Under the pieces are notes generated by a model, which was not told the DNA's origin, made no database searches, and worked only from the letters and a program-made list of their open reading frames with translations. Of a DNA stretch of 64,000 nt, positions 50,283-62,598 are shown in pieces. The stretch is taken from positions 7,688,001 through 7,752,000 of the forward strand of contig CP110439.1 of assembly GCA_026914245.1 (NCBI GenBank), read 5' to 3'. The position numbers were made by a program, and so were the translations under genes. This DNA is from Puccinia triticina (taxonomy: Eukaryota). Positions within the stretch are counted from its first letter, which is position 1. The number at the start of each line of letters is the position of its first letter.

Positions 50283-53170
50283 TCAGAGGTTTGATTTAGG
50301 GCCTTTGTACCATTTGAAGGCATGGAGGTAGTACCACGTGCTGGCAAAGACGATCACAGTGACGGTTATGATGGAGCTAGATAGATCAGAAAGGTTGATG
50401 GATGAAGGTTAAAGAGGAAAGTCGTCAGCAAGAACAGAATTTCGATCATCTTCTGCTTTTTAGGGAAGCAGGTGACGAAAATCAAAAAGGGTAAGTACTT
50501 ACGAATAGTTCATGTTCTCTGTCGTCACCGGTTGGACCATGGGGAAAGCTAGGATTATTGAGATGAAAATGACCCATAATACCGAGATCGAGTTGATTGT
50601 CCACATGATTATCCCATTTCCTAGAGTAAATGGACCAGGTTTGTAATTTACCTGTTCCAGCAGGAAGAAAAATAAGAAACAAATTGAATGTTGGTATTTG
50701 ATGTGTTGGATTTTGTTGTATTTTTGCTATCTTGAGCGAAAGAAGAGAATACTGGAAAGAAGAGACTTACATCTGGATGATTCTTGAAGATCATCTTCAT
50801 TGCTATCGGGATCGCGTACGAAGAATCCAGGGCCTTCATTAGATTCAGATATTCCAGGCGACAAAATGTAAACATCAACTAATCAATCTTCCGCTCCGCT
50901 ACTCGGAGATCGTGTCTGTCATGTCCCCCTCCCTTTATCTTTTTCGGGCGGTCAAGCAAAGTTGAAAGTAAAAAGAAAACTTACGATTGTGCATATACTA
51001 AGATCGCGCGGAAAAGAGGAGAACATTTAGGATCCAAGACAAATCACCAATGGGACACTCTGCAGAGGCTTACCTAAAGACGGCGTTGACAGCGACGGTG
51101 GAGACGAAGTCAAGTGAGCCGAAAAAGAGAGAGACCAGAATGATCAGCCAAACCGCTCGGAATGGAATTTTAGTCCGCTCGGATAATTGGCCGAAGAAAT
51201 GCCGATCGGGAAGGCCACCATCTCTACTAAAGGCGAATAGCGTCCTCGAACAAGCTTGTAGGACTACATTTACTTGGAAAAATGCATTGATACAGATTAA
51301 CGTCCAACAGAAGTAGAACATCCCCGAACTCAGATTTTGAGACAGGATCGTGGCGACCAGTAAGAAATCCGATGAAGACGAGGTTGATGATGATGATGAT
51401 GAAGATGTTGTTGGGCTCGAAGTGGAGTTAGAGGTGGTGTTTGTGAATGCGCTGGTCATGTCCGTAGTATTTGTCAGAGATCCGACATCGTTAAATTGGT
51501 TTGATGGTGTAGTTTGCGAAAATGCCAAGTCTGGTGAATATAATACCAAGACTAAATTCAGAAACCAGCCTAAGACACCGGTGACGCTGATGGCTGTCAT
51601 GATGGCTAGAGGTGCTGCGACTGCTGGGTTTTTGATTTCTTCGGAAATGTGTGCTGTTGCATCGTAATCACTCAGCGTCTGTTTTAGTTTTCCCGAAATC
51701 AAAGATTTATAATCAGAAAGGATTGATCATTCTTGTATTGATTGTGAATTTGGAGAGTATGGAAAGACGACGACTGTACCCACCCATTCAGAGCTCAGGA
51801 TCCCCATCATGAAAGCCAGAGGTGTTGAGTCCCAACCAGTCCGGTTGACAATCTTGGTGAAGACATAGTCAAAACTTTGTTTGGGTGGTCCACTCAGACA
51901 AAGAGCTAGGATTATCGTAAACGTTCCGCCAAAGTTAAAAAAGATGAATGTTCGTGTCAATTTGGCCATGATGCTGGTGGCCACCGAGTTCATTAAGCCA
52001 TGAATTATCAGTAATATTCCAAAGACTCCAACGATTTCTGTTTTTGAGCTGCCATAAAGGTTATAAAGGATAACATCATCGCAATTTAGCGACATCACGT
52101 GGAGGCAAAGCTGGTGGATGAGATCCAGGAAGTGGAAATGGAAGTGAAAGTGGAGGGAAAAGGTTCTTACGGCGAATAATTCCCATTTTGTGAGATTGAG
52201 TAAGCCGACCAAATCATTTGACTCAAGGCGAACTCAGCACTAGCCACGGCGGCGATCTGTCCCAAGATACTCAACCAACCTACTAGAAAGCCAACAGGGG
52301 CTTTGAATCTTTTCGGGACTAGAAAGGCTGAGGCACTATAGAGTCCCCCGGAAGTTGGCTGCATGGTTGCAGAATTAATGAGGAAAGACCGCAAGAAGTA
52401 ATCAGTTGAGTGAAAAAATTTCATGTTTCCTTCGCTCATATGAAGTGAAAGGCAATCTGACACTCACGAATGCAGATACCAGCTCGGAGACCGAGGCTGC
52501 GATAGTCATACACATCACCGACCCTAATGTTTCATGGGGAGCATCCAGTTGATGGAGATGAGTGCGAACAGAGTCAAGGTCGAAGCGTTGATCAGTACGT
52601 GATGGGAAATGGTTGCCCTTAATTCTTCATGGAGTCGGTAGGGGTCTGATGCATGAATGTTGTACTGACCAATCAACCAACACCATACCACTGCAGCCGG
52701 CCCGGCTGACAGAAAGGGCGTGTTGAACTGGATCGCAAGGATAGTTTGCGCAAGTAGTAAGATTTTTGCAAGTTCCTCTTCTGCATGACCGGATTCAAAG
52801 AGCAAAACGCTGAGGTACTAACGGTGCTTGCGACACAGGAGCTCAAACCGACGACTGAAAACGCAAAAGACAACGTTCCAAAGTATCCAAACTCGCGCTT
52901 GACTGCACAAGAGCCGATTTTGGTGGCGGAGCAAATTATGAAGAGAAGGTAGATATTAGTATTCCGCTATGCGGTACCGGTCGGTCCCTTGTTTCATTTT
53001 CAGGACTCACATTCAGATTTATAACCCAGTTTGGCCAAGGCTTGGTCATCTTTGCTCATATGTCGAAGTTTTTTATCCTCCATTCTTTCCACTTCAGAGG
53101 ATTCTTCCATCGCTCGGGATAAAACGATCCGTGTTGGTGTTGGCGGTAGTCGGTCAAATGTGGTGGTCAT
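50283..53170 (-). CDS. APC-superfamily amino-acid/GABA/choline-type permease, many short exons
   Basis: LAKLGYKSE|FKREFG..SFAFS, AGPAAVVWCW, PTSGGLY, DYDATAHISEEIKNP, SRTLFAFSRDGGLP, ALDSSYAIPI, WYKGPKSNL*. Confidence 0.92.
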
Positions 53171-55481
53171 GACTATCTTTGCCTAGAGAATAATACAAGG
53201 AATCTTTGCGCTTTCGTGGTAATTATTGGGTTACCTCGAGGACTTGAGGCAAGCAATGATTCTCTCATTATGTTTCTGTCTCTCTAGGTTCGATTATGTA
53301 GGTCCATCGGTTTGAACAAAGTTGATCAGCCAAACAGACCACACGAGTGCAAATATTCGAGAGTGAGCTGGCGTTGGTCTGATTGATAAACTGTCAGAGT
53401 TTCTCAATGGACATCATGGAGATCAGCCGGGATGGATTGCTGATCAGCCAGCAAGCGGCAGATCTCCTCAGCCGATCACAACCGGCTCGTGAGCTTGGAA
53501 AGGGCCCGTCGGGGGTTCGCCACGCGCGAGCCGGTAGGGAAGGACTTTGGTGTTCGAGCGGCCCGCCCGCCGGTTGTCTGTCTGCCAATATTGGGAATAT
53601 TTACCGGCGCGCAACGGCGCCTATCAAAGTCACACCGAGGAAAAGGCCCTTCGAGATCCCTCACTCCTCGTGACTCCTGAGCCTCTTGGATTCCTTCCAG
53701 CTCGAAATTCGACCAGTCATACTCCCGGGCAAACTCATGTCATGACAGGCGTACTGGTTGAGGGCCCCTGACCTGCAGGTGCATCATAGAAAAAATGCCC
53801 AAAAGCTCTGGAGTGGAATGCCTCCCATTCCAACAGTTTTGCAGTGCACAGGAATTTAATCCTAAAAAATATTGGAGTGGATTTGATTGCACCCCAATCA
53901 AATTTTACGACACATACAGCTTTTTTATTCGCTCCATTATTTTCAGATGGTTGGTTTGCTTTAATTTGATCTGAAGATCGCTAAGATACCTTCTGCTCCT
54001 GCTGAAGGTGGGTTATAATCCCATTCACTTGAACCAAATCAATCCCCGTGGTTGGAACCGAGTGGGCTGTTGCAAAGCATGAGCCTCTAAAGGAGGCCAA
54101 ATGGCGGGCTTATGACTAATGCCAGAATTTGGCTTGGAAGCTGAACATTCTGGCCGAGAAACATTGCGCCGGGCGTGCTGGAGGAAATTCGCTCAAAATA
54201 CATAAATAGGTCATAAGAATTACGGCCGCAACGGCATCATGGTTGACTACGTAGTAATGCTAATGTAATACGAAAAATCTGCTAAGACCCTCCACTGGAG
54301 GCCGTAATTGGAGAGGCTTCGCTGAGCTCGGGTAACTGAGGGCCTCAATGGAACGCCATATTTTGTTTTGTCGCAGACGCAGTCAGCAAATCCGGAACTA
54401 AGGACCAAAGCTGTTGGATGAGAATAAATCCACACGTCATGTGGATGATTTAACGGTTCAACGCAACACAATCTTCCTAGTGCGGCCGAAAGCTTTGCAG
54501 ATGAGCGTCAAGATTCAAGAGGTGTATATAGACCGTGCTCTTCTTCCATGCAAATGACTCAAATCAAAATGTGGATATATCAAGGAACTCGGCAAAGTCG
54601 CTTATGCAGCACGGATTCAGGATTTGATCAGGAATATGCTCATTGCTGGACATGGGCACATTAGTCTGAGGCTGCTGTTTCCGGTACTCGGTTGTTTGAT
54701 TGGGCTGTTTGTCTTATGGCTGCCTCTCAACAGGGCTCAACAGGGATGAAGAATGTGTAATGCATGTTGATTGGGAGAGAGGTGCGAAGGGTCTAATAGG
54801 TAAGCTTCACATTGGACTAGCAGCCATACATCGCTGGGCTAGGTCCAACGGGTGGTCGTGGACACCGGCTTTGTGCTCGGGCCGGCTGGACGGTTTGTTT
54901 CTGCGCCAAGGCCTCGGTTATCATGAAAGGGTTAATTTCTACTGCTGACTTTCTGCATTCAAGTTTCAGGTCAACCGATGGAAAGGGCGATCGGATTAAG
55001 CAAGGACTCTTCTGAGCCCTTCTCCTGATGGGCACGCGCACCGCAATCGGAACTTCCGCGAAAGTCAAGCCAACTCGTCATCAGCCCTCATCAGCCCCAA
55101 CCGGCACGCAAATCGATATTGGCTGTCTGCCAGCTGTTCACTGACCGCTCGTCTACAAAACCTCCTCTCTCACTCTCCTCATCGCTTCTCCCACCCAGCC
55201 ATTGCCAATCTCCACCTAACAGCCCAGCTAATAACCAAAACTCCCATCATAATGTAAGTTCCGCTTCCATTGCCGACCCTGCCGACATTTCCGAAATCTT
55301 CAATCCTCTTGCATGTCAAAGTACAGACAGGCACATTCTCTTCCTCCTCCGACTGGATTGCGCAGCGTGTGAGATGTGCGGCTTCCACCCAAATTGGGAC
55401 GCTGACTATATTATGGGTCTATCCCCTCCAATCCAGTAGTAGCTCGCCCATCAGTTCGACTTCTCCCCACCAATATTCAAA

Positions 55482-55921
55482 ATGCAAACCGTTAAAGACA
55501 CCGTCGCCGTGAGTCATACTAATACAGATTGGTTGTACTTCATTCGACTTCATGACATGCTTACATGCCATCTTTCTGACAACCACAGTACGCTGTTGAC
55601 AAAGCATCTGAGCTCACCAATGCAGCTTCCAAGGAGGCCAACACGGCGGTCGCGAAAGATTCCAACGCCAGTCTGTCGACTCGGGCTACTGCCGCCAAGG
55701 TCATTATTACATGCTTATATGGCTTCCATGGACAACAACGATCTGATACTTACGTTTTCAATTATCTGTAGGACGCTGTGGGAGACAAAATCAACGAAGT
55801 AAAAGATGGCGCGTCTGCCGAAGCCAACAAGGTTCGTACACTTTGCCCTACCAACGTCTGCGCTTCTCTCTGGGTACTGACTGCGCCCTTTTCTGTCATT
55901 CAGCAAAAGGCTACGCACTAA
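55482..55921 (+). CDS. GRG1: Glucose-repressible protein Grg1 family, 71 aa, 4 exons (55482-55508, 55589-55699, 55772-55831, 55904-55921)
   Basis: Spliced product MQTVKDTVA YAVDKASELTNAASKEANTAVAKDSNASLSTRATAAK DAVGDKINEVKDGASAEANK QKATH; all GT-AG, phase 0. Not present as such in the ORF track. Confidence 0.9.
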
Positions 55922-56492
55922 GTACTATCTCCTGTCACATGCGGAATAACATTGTTTTCTTATGAACTGGCGCCGCTTGGAATAGAATTCAGTTTCATAT
56001 TCGTTGTAGCTCATCATACTCAGTGTTACCATGTTTATCGTAAGAAGTAATCATCTCGTTTAAACCAAAGCTGCCTTGGAAATTTCACTACCGGCAAGTA
56101 TTAAGTCGTCGTGATCGTTCCTTGAATTATGAGCTCAGGACGACCACTTGACAAGTTCATTGTAGCCCCGTGCATTGCGAGCCCTTCTTGGGGGTTTGCT
56201 TGTATCTTTAACCCAGCCGAAATCCCTTGACAGGGTTTGATATGTACCATTGAGGTTCGATGAAGTTGAATCCGTCGGATCAGCGCAATCACCAAACACT
56301 TGAAGACTGCAGCCAGTGCACTGTGGAGTGTGTGCAAATAAGTTTTTTTTTGGCCAGCATGCTCTAAACAAATGTTCTTGAGGCTGTAAGATACGGGCCC
56401 ACACAGAAAACTCAACACCTGGATCTACGTACACAATTATCGCCGTAATAGACCGAACTTGATAAGTTCCTCGAGACTTTGTGCCCCCGGGG

Positions 56493-56968
56493 CAACACTG
56501 GGTCGCTACGCTACGCTACGCTATTTCAGCGCTACGCGTTAGCGTAGCGGCAAAAAGCGCCCATCTATCTTGCATAGCGTTAGCGCGCTGTTAGCGCCGC
56601 TACGCTGCGCTAATTTTCAGCGGCGCTAACAGCGCGCCAATTCTTTGTTAGCGTTAGCGCGCCGCTACAGTCGCTACGCTACGCTGCGCTGCGCTACAGC
56701 GCTTTTAGCGGAAAAAAGCCCTTTTTTCCCGCTAAAGGCGCTGTAGCGCAGCGTAGCGCGCGCTCTTTTGCGCCCTACATGTTTAGCGTTAGCGCAATTG
56801 CGCGCATCTGCGCTAACGCTACGCTATCAGCTAAAATAGCTGCGCACCGCGTGCGCGTAGCGTTAGCGCATATGCGTGCAATTGCGCTAACGCTACGCTA
56901 AAAAATAGCGCATTTGCGCTGCGCTACGCTACGCTAACCGCTATGGTTAGCGTAGCGACCCAGTGTTG
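56493..56968. mobile_element. MITE with CAAC..GTTG ends and GCTAC/GTAGC pentamer-rich interior
   Basis: 21-bp TIR CAACACTGGGTCGCTACGCTA; exact 7-bp TSD CCCGGGG (56486-56492, 56969-56975). Confidence 0.9.
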
Positions 56969-58515
56969 CCCGGGGGGTAGCGAGCGTGTACAGCCTCTCC
57001 GTCGACCGCACGAAGTGCGGGAGAGGCTTGTGTCTATGTAAAACGCGCATGCTCGCGTGTCATGGTTGGGCTTCTGAGGTCCTTTTTGTTTGTAAAAATC
57101 ATGTAAAATACACACAACCACCCAGTGGATAATAATGTTGGACAGGGTGTGCCCAAGATGGGGGTCTTCATCTCCATCAAGAAGGATTTTGAATTATTCA
57201 AAAATTGTATGTGTAGGTTTTTTTCCAAGCCAATTTTAGTCCAACATGACTTTGTTTTTTTTTTCTTTAAACCAAACCATTCCTTATGTAATCAATAGAG
57301 GACAAGACTGTCATCCCAGGATGGTAAATAGAAAAATTTTGGAGGAATTTAATGAAGGATGAATGCTGATTGAGAAGCCAAGAATCAACTTCAGTTCAAT
57401 CTTAAAGAGTCAGATTTTCAGATTTTTGCAATCTTACAAAAATTCCTGCTGGTCCAATTTTCAATATTTTCCTTTGAAAATTGGATGAGAAGGTCCACAC
57501 CATTCTCCTCTATCTCCAACCCAACTTTTTGCCTATGGTGAGATGGATGTACAGTAGGTGCAGCCGTCCAAAAGTTGGCTACACCAAAACTGGCCAACCG
57601 TGACGCGGTTGTAAGTTGGTTTTAGACTCAAGTCCCTCCTTCGGAGGGGTCGCTCCGCGACCAGGGCTGCCCGACCCCCCGCAGAAGAGGGACTTCTCAA
57701 GCTCAGGGGGGGGGGGGGGGGTAGGCTGAACTCGCAAAGCGAGCCTCTATCAGGAGGGACTTACACCGTACCTCCCCATATTGGCACAGCAAGAATGCCA
57801 CTTTGATTCCAGTTAAGTTCACAGCTGGTGAACAATTGTGGTCTTGTAGGGCTGATAGCATCCTCTGAGCAAAAGCTACACAAAAAAACAACCACCCATT
57901 GTGCACACAAACTGCAAGGTGCAGCGGTCAAGTTGCGCACTGCTTGTAATTCCAGCTGTTTGGGGATTTTTGTGGAATTTCTGCAGGTGGCATGATTTTT
58001 GCCAAACACCTGAAATTATGTGGGTTGGATAGGAAAAATCAGGCCTACAGCCTAAGCTATTTTATTCAAAAGAATGTCAAGGGGGCAAGGAATTATAAAG
58101 CTTCAAAAATTCCACCCAGCCAAACTCGGATTCTTGGCACACAAAGAAGGGGCAATAGTGCGCAAGTCCCTCCTGCCAAGGGCTGTCGGAGGCTTGATTT
58201 TCAAGACACACACCCACAGCAGAGGGACTTTGTTAAGTTTGGTAATAGACTGACTCAGCTAATATCTTTCCTTCCTGTGTTGGTGTTTACATTTGTTGCA
58301 TTGCTGGGGGACGCCTTACCCCTCCCAATTTCATTTGCGGGGATTCATGTAAGCTAGCATAGTGGGTATCACTATTTTGCTTTATCACCTGAAGAAAAAA
58401 TCGACCTGAAAACTCAAGCAAAGTTTGGCTTCTGTTTCTATTAGCTAAGCTGGTATAACAAGACTTTTGAGCACTTGGAATTCCAAGATCAATGATTATG
58501 CAGCACCAGCAATTA

Positions 58516-58690
58516 TGGTGTTCAAAGTTGAAATCATAAAATTTTCAATACATAAAATCATAAAATCATAAAGCTTTGAAGTGATGATTTCATATGTACC
58601 ATTCTAGAAATATTGCTCTGATTTGAGTGCTTGGGTGGAACATATTTTTTCAGCTTAGAATTTTATGATTTTATGCAAGACAACTTTAAT
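58516..58690. mobile_element. Second, inverted and more decayed copy of the 9764-9959 MITE
   Basis: GGTGTTCAAAGTTGAAATCATAAAATTTTCAATACATAAAATC matches the reverse complement of ~9915-9958. Confidence 0.75.
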
Positions 58691-59207
58691 GTGTGGAAAA
58701 AACACTGGAGTAAGAACAATCACAATCTGGGAAAATTTCAAGCCCCTACCTCCAAACTATTTTTCCACTTCAATTTTTTCTCTCTGAGCAGCAGCTACAT
58801 CCTTTGTGTTTTGATCATTCATTCTTTCTCAAATGAGCCATCATTATTTCTGTTTCGACTTCTGGACGACCACTCAAGCTAGATTTATAAAAGGTGGGTT
58901 TGTAATGAGAGGTATAAATACTTAGCAGAATCTAAATGTATGAATGAATGATAATTTTATAGATGAAATAAAAAAAAGATAAAATTTTGGTCCTGAGCTT
59001 CCATAGGGCCAGAAAAATTATCAAAAATAACAATAGAGAGACAAGCCCAATTTTGAAATGTTCTGTTTTCACTTGAGGAAAGGTAAAAATAAAATTTTGT
59101 TTGAGTTTAATTTGATTATGAAAAGCCAGGTTGGATATACATGGATACTAGAATGAGGTACTTACAGTGAATTCCACCACTTGAGTTGTTTTTACACACA
59201 CAATATT

Positions 59208-61377
59208 TCAATCTTGATGATTTGAAGCCAACTGGTCAATCTTTGTACATCTGAATTTAAGCTGGGGTTCAATGAATGGTACTGGAATTTCTAATCCATA
59301 CAAGCACTCTTTAGCAGGATTGACTATGGGCATTTTGAAATGAAATTCATCAACTGTCTTCTTAATAAAACCATTTACTGCTTCCACCATATACACAGAA
59401 TCTTTGGGATATTGAACTTGGCTTTTATATGCTGATTTTTCCAATAGTTTAGATGCACTTAAATCATAACTCTTGAGTTGATTTTTCCACCAACCAAATG
59501 CCAAGTTCCAATTTCCAAATGTGATTGCTCGCAGCCTCAGTGCATTTGGCAATTCTTTTGATTCATAAGCATGGTTAATTCTGAAGTCCCATTCTCTAAT
59601 TGTTCTCTCCAAAGCAAGACTTCCTTTTGAATATGACAGATTTTCTTTTTCAGAAATAGGTGTATTTTGTTGGGAAAATATGACCTTATTGATCTTTTCT
59701 GGATTAGACACATAACTCTTATGTTTCCAATCTTCCAAAAGATTTTTAGTGTAGAGACAATCTTTCTTCAAAATCATATTTGCTCTGATTGAGAAAAACC
59801 TTTGTGAAATCATATACAAATTTGTTGTGTATGCTAGAAGCCAAATGGATTCTTCAAGGACTTTGTGAAATGATGATACTCAGTTGAATTTTTTATCCCG
59901 TCACAAATTTTTTCTGATATCTCTTCATGATGAAAGTTAATGATGAATCTTATTGTATCATGCATAATTCTGAAGTTTAATTTATTGTTACCATATTTGT
60001 TTTCTCCCAAAATTTGAAGCATCTTGATATCAAACAGAATCACTTTCAACATACCAGCAAGGTTCATGTTGGATCTCAAGGTTGATATATTAAGCTTGGG
60101 ATCCCAAGAGGAGTGTACTTCCCATGATTCTCCTTGTAGAAGATTGAAGTGAGCCTTTATCCTTCCAGAAATTGACCGGGGGTACTTTTTAATAATACCA
60201 CATAGGTAATTGAATGTTAACATCTCCCAAAATTCTTTGTCAAGGACTGCCAGAGGGAATAAAATCAGATTCAAGCTGTTTCAAACAATCTCGCCAGGTA
60301 AATTGAGCTCAATAAGATTAAAATGAATGATCATTTACCTTTGAACAATTCATGATAATCTTCTGTTGAGTGGCTCTCAAGGATACTCATCTTCAGGTCC
60401 AATTTGAGGAGAAAATCTTCAACCTGTTCTGTCTCAAGGAACTTTCTGTTGATGAAGTTTAACATCAAAGCTTTTCCTGTTTGACTTTTCAGGAAATCTT
60501 TGATTTTATGAATGCTAAGAAGTTTGTAATTGATTGAGTCATTGAGAAAGCAGATCATAATTTCCTCCAACATTTGAAATGTGCCAGGTTTTGGAGGTGA
60601 GACTTTGAGCAATGTCAGCTTATCCCAAATATGTTCCCATTCACTCAAAAAACTTTCCCCTGGAGTTTCAAGGACTGATTGACCAAAAATTGCCACTGAA
60701 TATTTTTCCAGTTCTTGCTGAGATGCAAATTCCACATAAGCTTTGATCAATTTTGTCTTCATTTCTGATAGATTCTTTTTCAGTTGACGGAAGGCATCTG
60801 GGGCAGTATGCTTCAAGTGATTTTGAAAATGGTAGTCAATATTATCAAAAGATCCTGATAAACTCTGCTGTATTTCTGGTCTTGAAAACCCTGGGTGACA
60901 AAATGTTCAGTTGATTTGAAACCAGCTTATAGGAGAATAAAGTAGATTTACCTTTCAAATATGGATGAAATTCAGGACCTGAGCACAGCTTATCACACTC
61001 AGCATTCAACTTTATAACAGAAACAACTGAATTCATGCAACAGATCTGGAACAATACTTGCCAGAAAGCTTTCTGCGTTTTGCTGGCATTTCCAGACCTT
61101 GAAGTAATGTTCCATGGTTTTCCTCTGTTCCAAATGAGTTTACTAAAATGAGAAAGATGAGTTAGTTGAAGAAAAAAAAACTTATGAAAAAACTTTTGAT
61201 GCTTTTTGCCCATTTTTTTCTGCATAACTTCTGTCCCAGAAAATCCATGTGACCAGAAGCAACGTTTTCCATCAGCACCTCACCTGCTTTAACATGGATG
61301 AACCCTTTCCCAAATAATGTGGCCAACAGCACAATCTGCAACATGTGGTACACACGGGCAAGAGGTTGGCTGCACAT
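59208..61377 (-). pseudogene. Large lineage-specific candidate secreted protein, apparently pseudogenised
   Basis: Signal-like MLQIVLLATLFGKGFIHVKAG, colinear long ORFs with GT-AG introns (~60275-60336, ~60980-61037), in-frame TAG at 59834-59836 and apparent frameshift near 60848; no domain recognised. Confidence 0.6.
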
Positions 61378-62127
61378 GCTTGGATTCCCAAGTGTTCCAA
61401 ATGCAGTGAGATAAGTTTCACTGGATTCCTTTGATTTGATTGTGTTAAATTTTTCAACCTTGAACTGTTTGAAGCTGAAATAATTGATTATTGGGGGCAA
61501 GAAAGAAGAAATACCAAAGACAGTGAAAGTATGAAGTTCCAAAGAGAGCAGATAAACAATGGAAGCAGATAAACAATGGCCTTCATTTGTTTTGAAAAAC
61601 TACTTGAAGGAAATCACACTTGGTGGTCAGATATTCTTACTTGTGTCATAAAATCAGCTCCTTGCAATACAACAGTTTTGATGAGATGTACTATAGCTAT
61701 AGCTTTATGTACTAGGTTGAAGGTCCATGTGTCATAAAATGTACACATGTTTTTCAGAATGTACTGCTGATCCATGATCATGTTTTTCAAACTATCTGTG
61801 TTCTTCATTGATACATAAAGATATCTTGTGCAGTGCTGTATTTCTGTTTCATCTGAAAATTTATGTATATACCCAATTCTTTGCAGAGGGAGGGAAGGCT
61901 TTAACTGCCACCAATTCCAAAGATTATATAATGTGCCAGCGGAACTAGGGAGGGTAACTGGCACTGGGTGGCAGGTACCACCCACACCCGGCTTGCACCT
62001 GTCAGATGGTGCTGCCAATGCTGTACTGAGTGCCTTTTTTGGGGGAAAAGGGGTGCAGTAGCCGTTAGGTTGTGGGTATAAATTACAGTTATTAACCTCA
62101 ATTAGAGTAATTTATGTGACACCAGTG

Positions 62128-62349
62128 CAACAAGAAAAACTCATGCAACTGCTAACAGTTGAGATGCAGGTTAATGCTGTGGAACTGCTATTCTAGCTCC
62201 ACCCAAACACACAATATAATTTTCTACACAGTCACTGTTCATTGAAGAATGGTCAACAGTTGAACTTGACAAAGTCTTGTGTTTTAACACAATCTTACTT
62301 GGAGCTCTTGCATCTCAAATGCTTGCAGTTGCACAACGTTTTCTTGTTG
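62128..62349. mobile_element. MITE with CAACAAGAAAA TIRs
   Basis: Imperfect ~25-bp TIR; apparent decayed 5-bp TSD CAGTG/TGGTG judged against the intact LTR. Confidence 0.65.
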
Positions 62350-62382
62350 TGGTGGATGTTCATTGACCCACATGGAGCCATT

Positions 62383-62598
62383 CACCAGGAAAAATAAATT
62401 GTCACCAGACATCAGGTAACATCAAGAAACAATGAATTTCACTTTGTTCCTGCTCTGGTGCTACCACAACCAGGCTACAATGGCCCCTTTGTTTCCTACA
62501 GGGGGATGTCCCTGCGGCCAGCTGTGCAGCTGGTGGGTAGCTCATTGGACTTAGGCTGATGTCACCTGTAGTCTAGTGACAGTTTATGTTTCCTGGTG
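62383..62598. mobile_element. CACTA/CMC-like MITE
   Basis: TIR CACCAGGAAA.ATAAA.TGTCAC.AGAC, exact 3-bp TSD ATT. Confidence 0.8.

Noticed and set aside
53770..53900. GGAGTG-rich patch resembling the 39923 element subtermini
   Set aside because: Too short and lacking TIR/TSD.
57705..57721. Poly-G run / G-quadruplex within a GC-rich repeat-like patch
   Set aside because: Simple homopolymer; no boundaries or function supportable.
62128..62349. Fourth member of the CAAC/7-bp-TSD group
   Set aside because: Ends match CAAC..GTTG but the duplication appears to be 5 bp and decayed, so it was kept separate.
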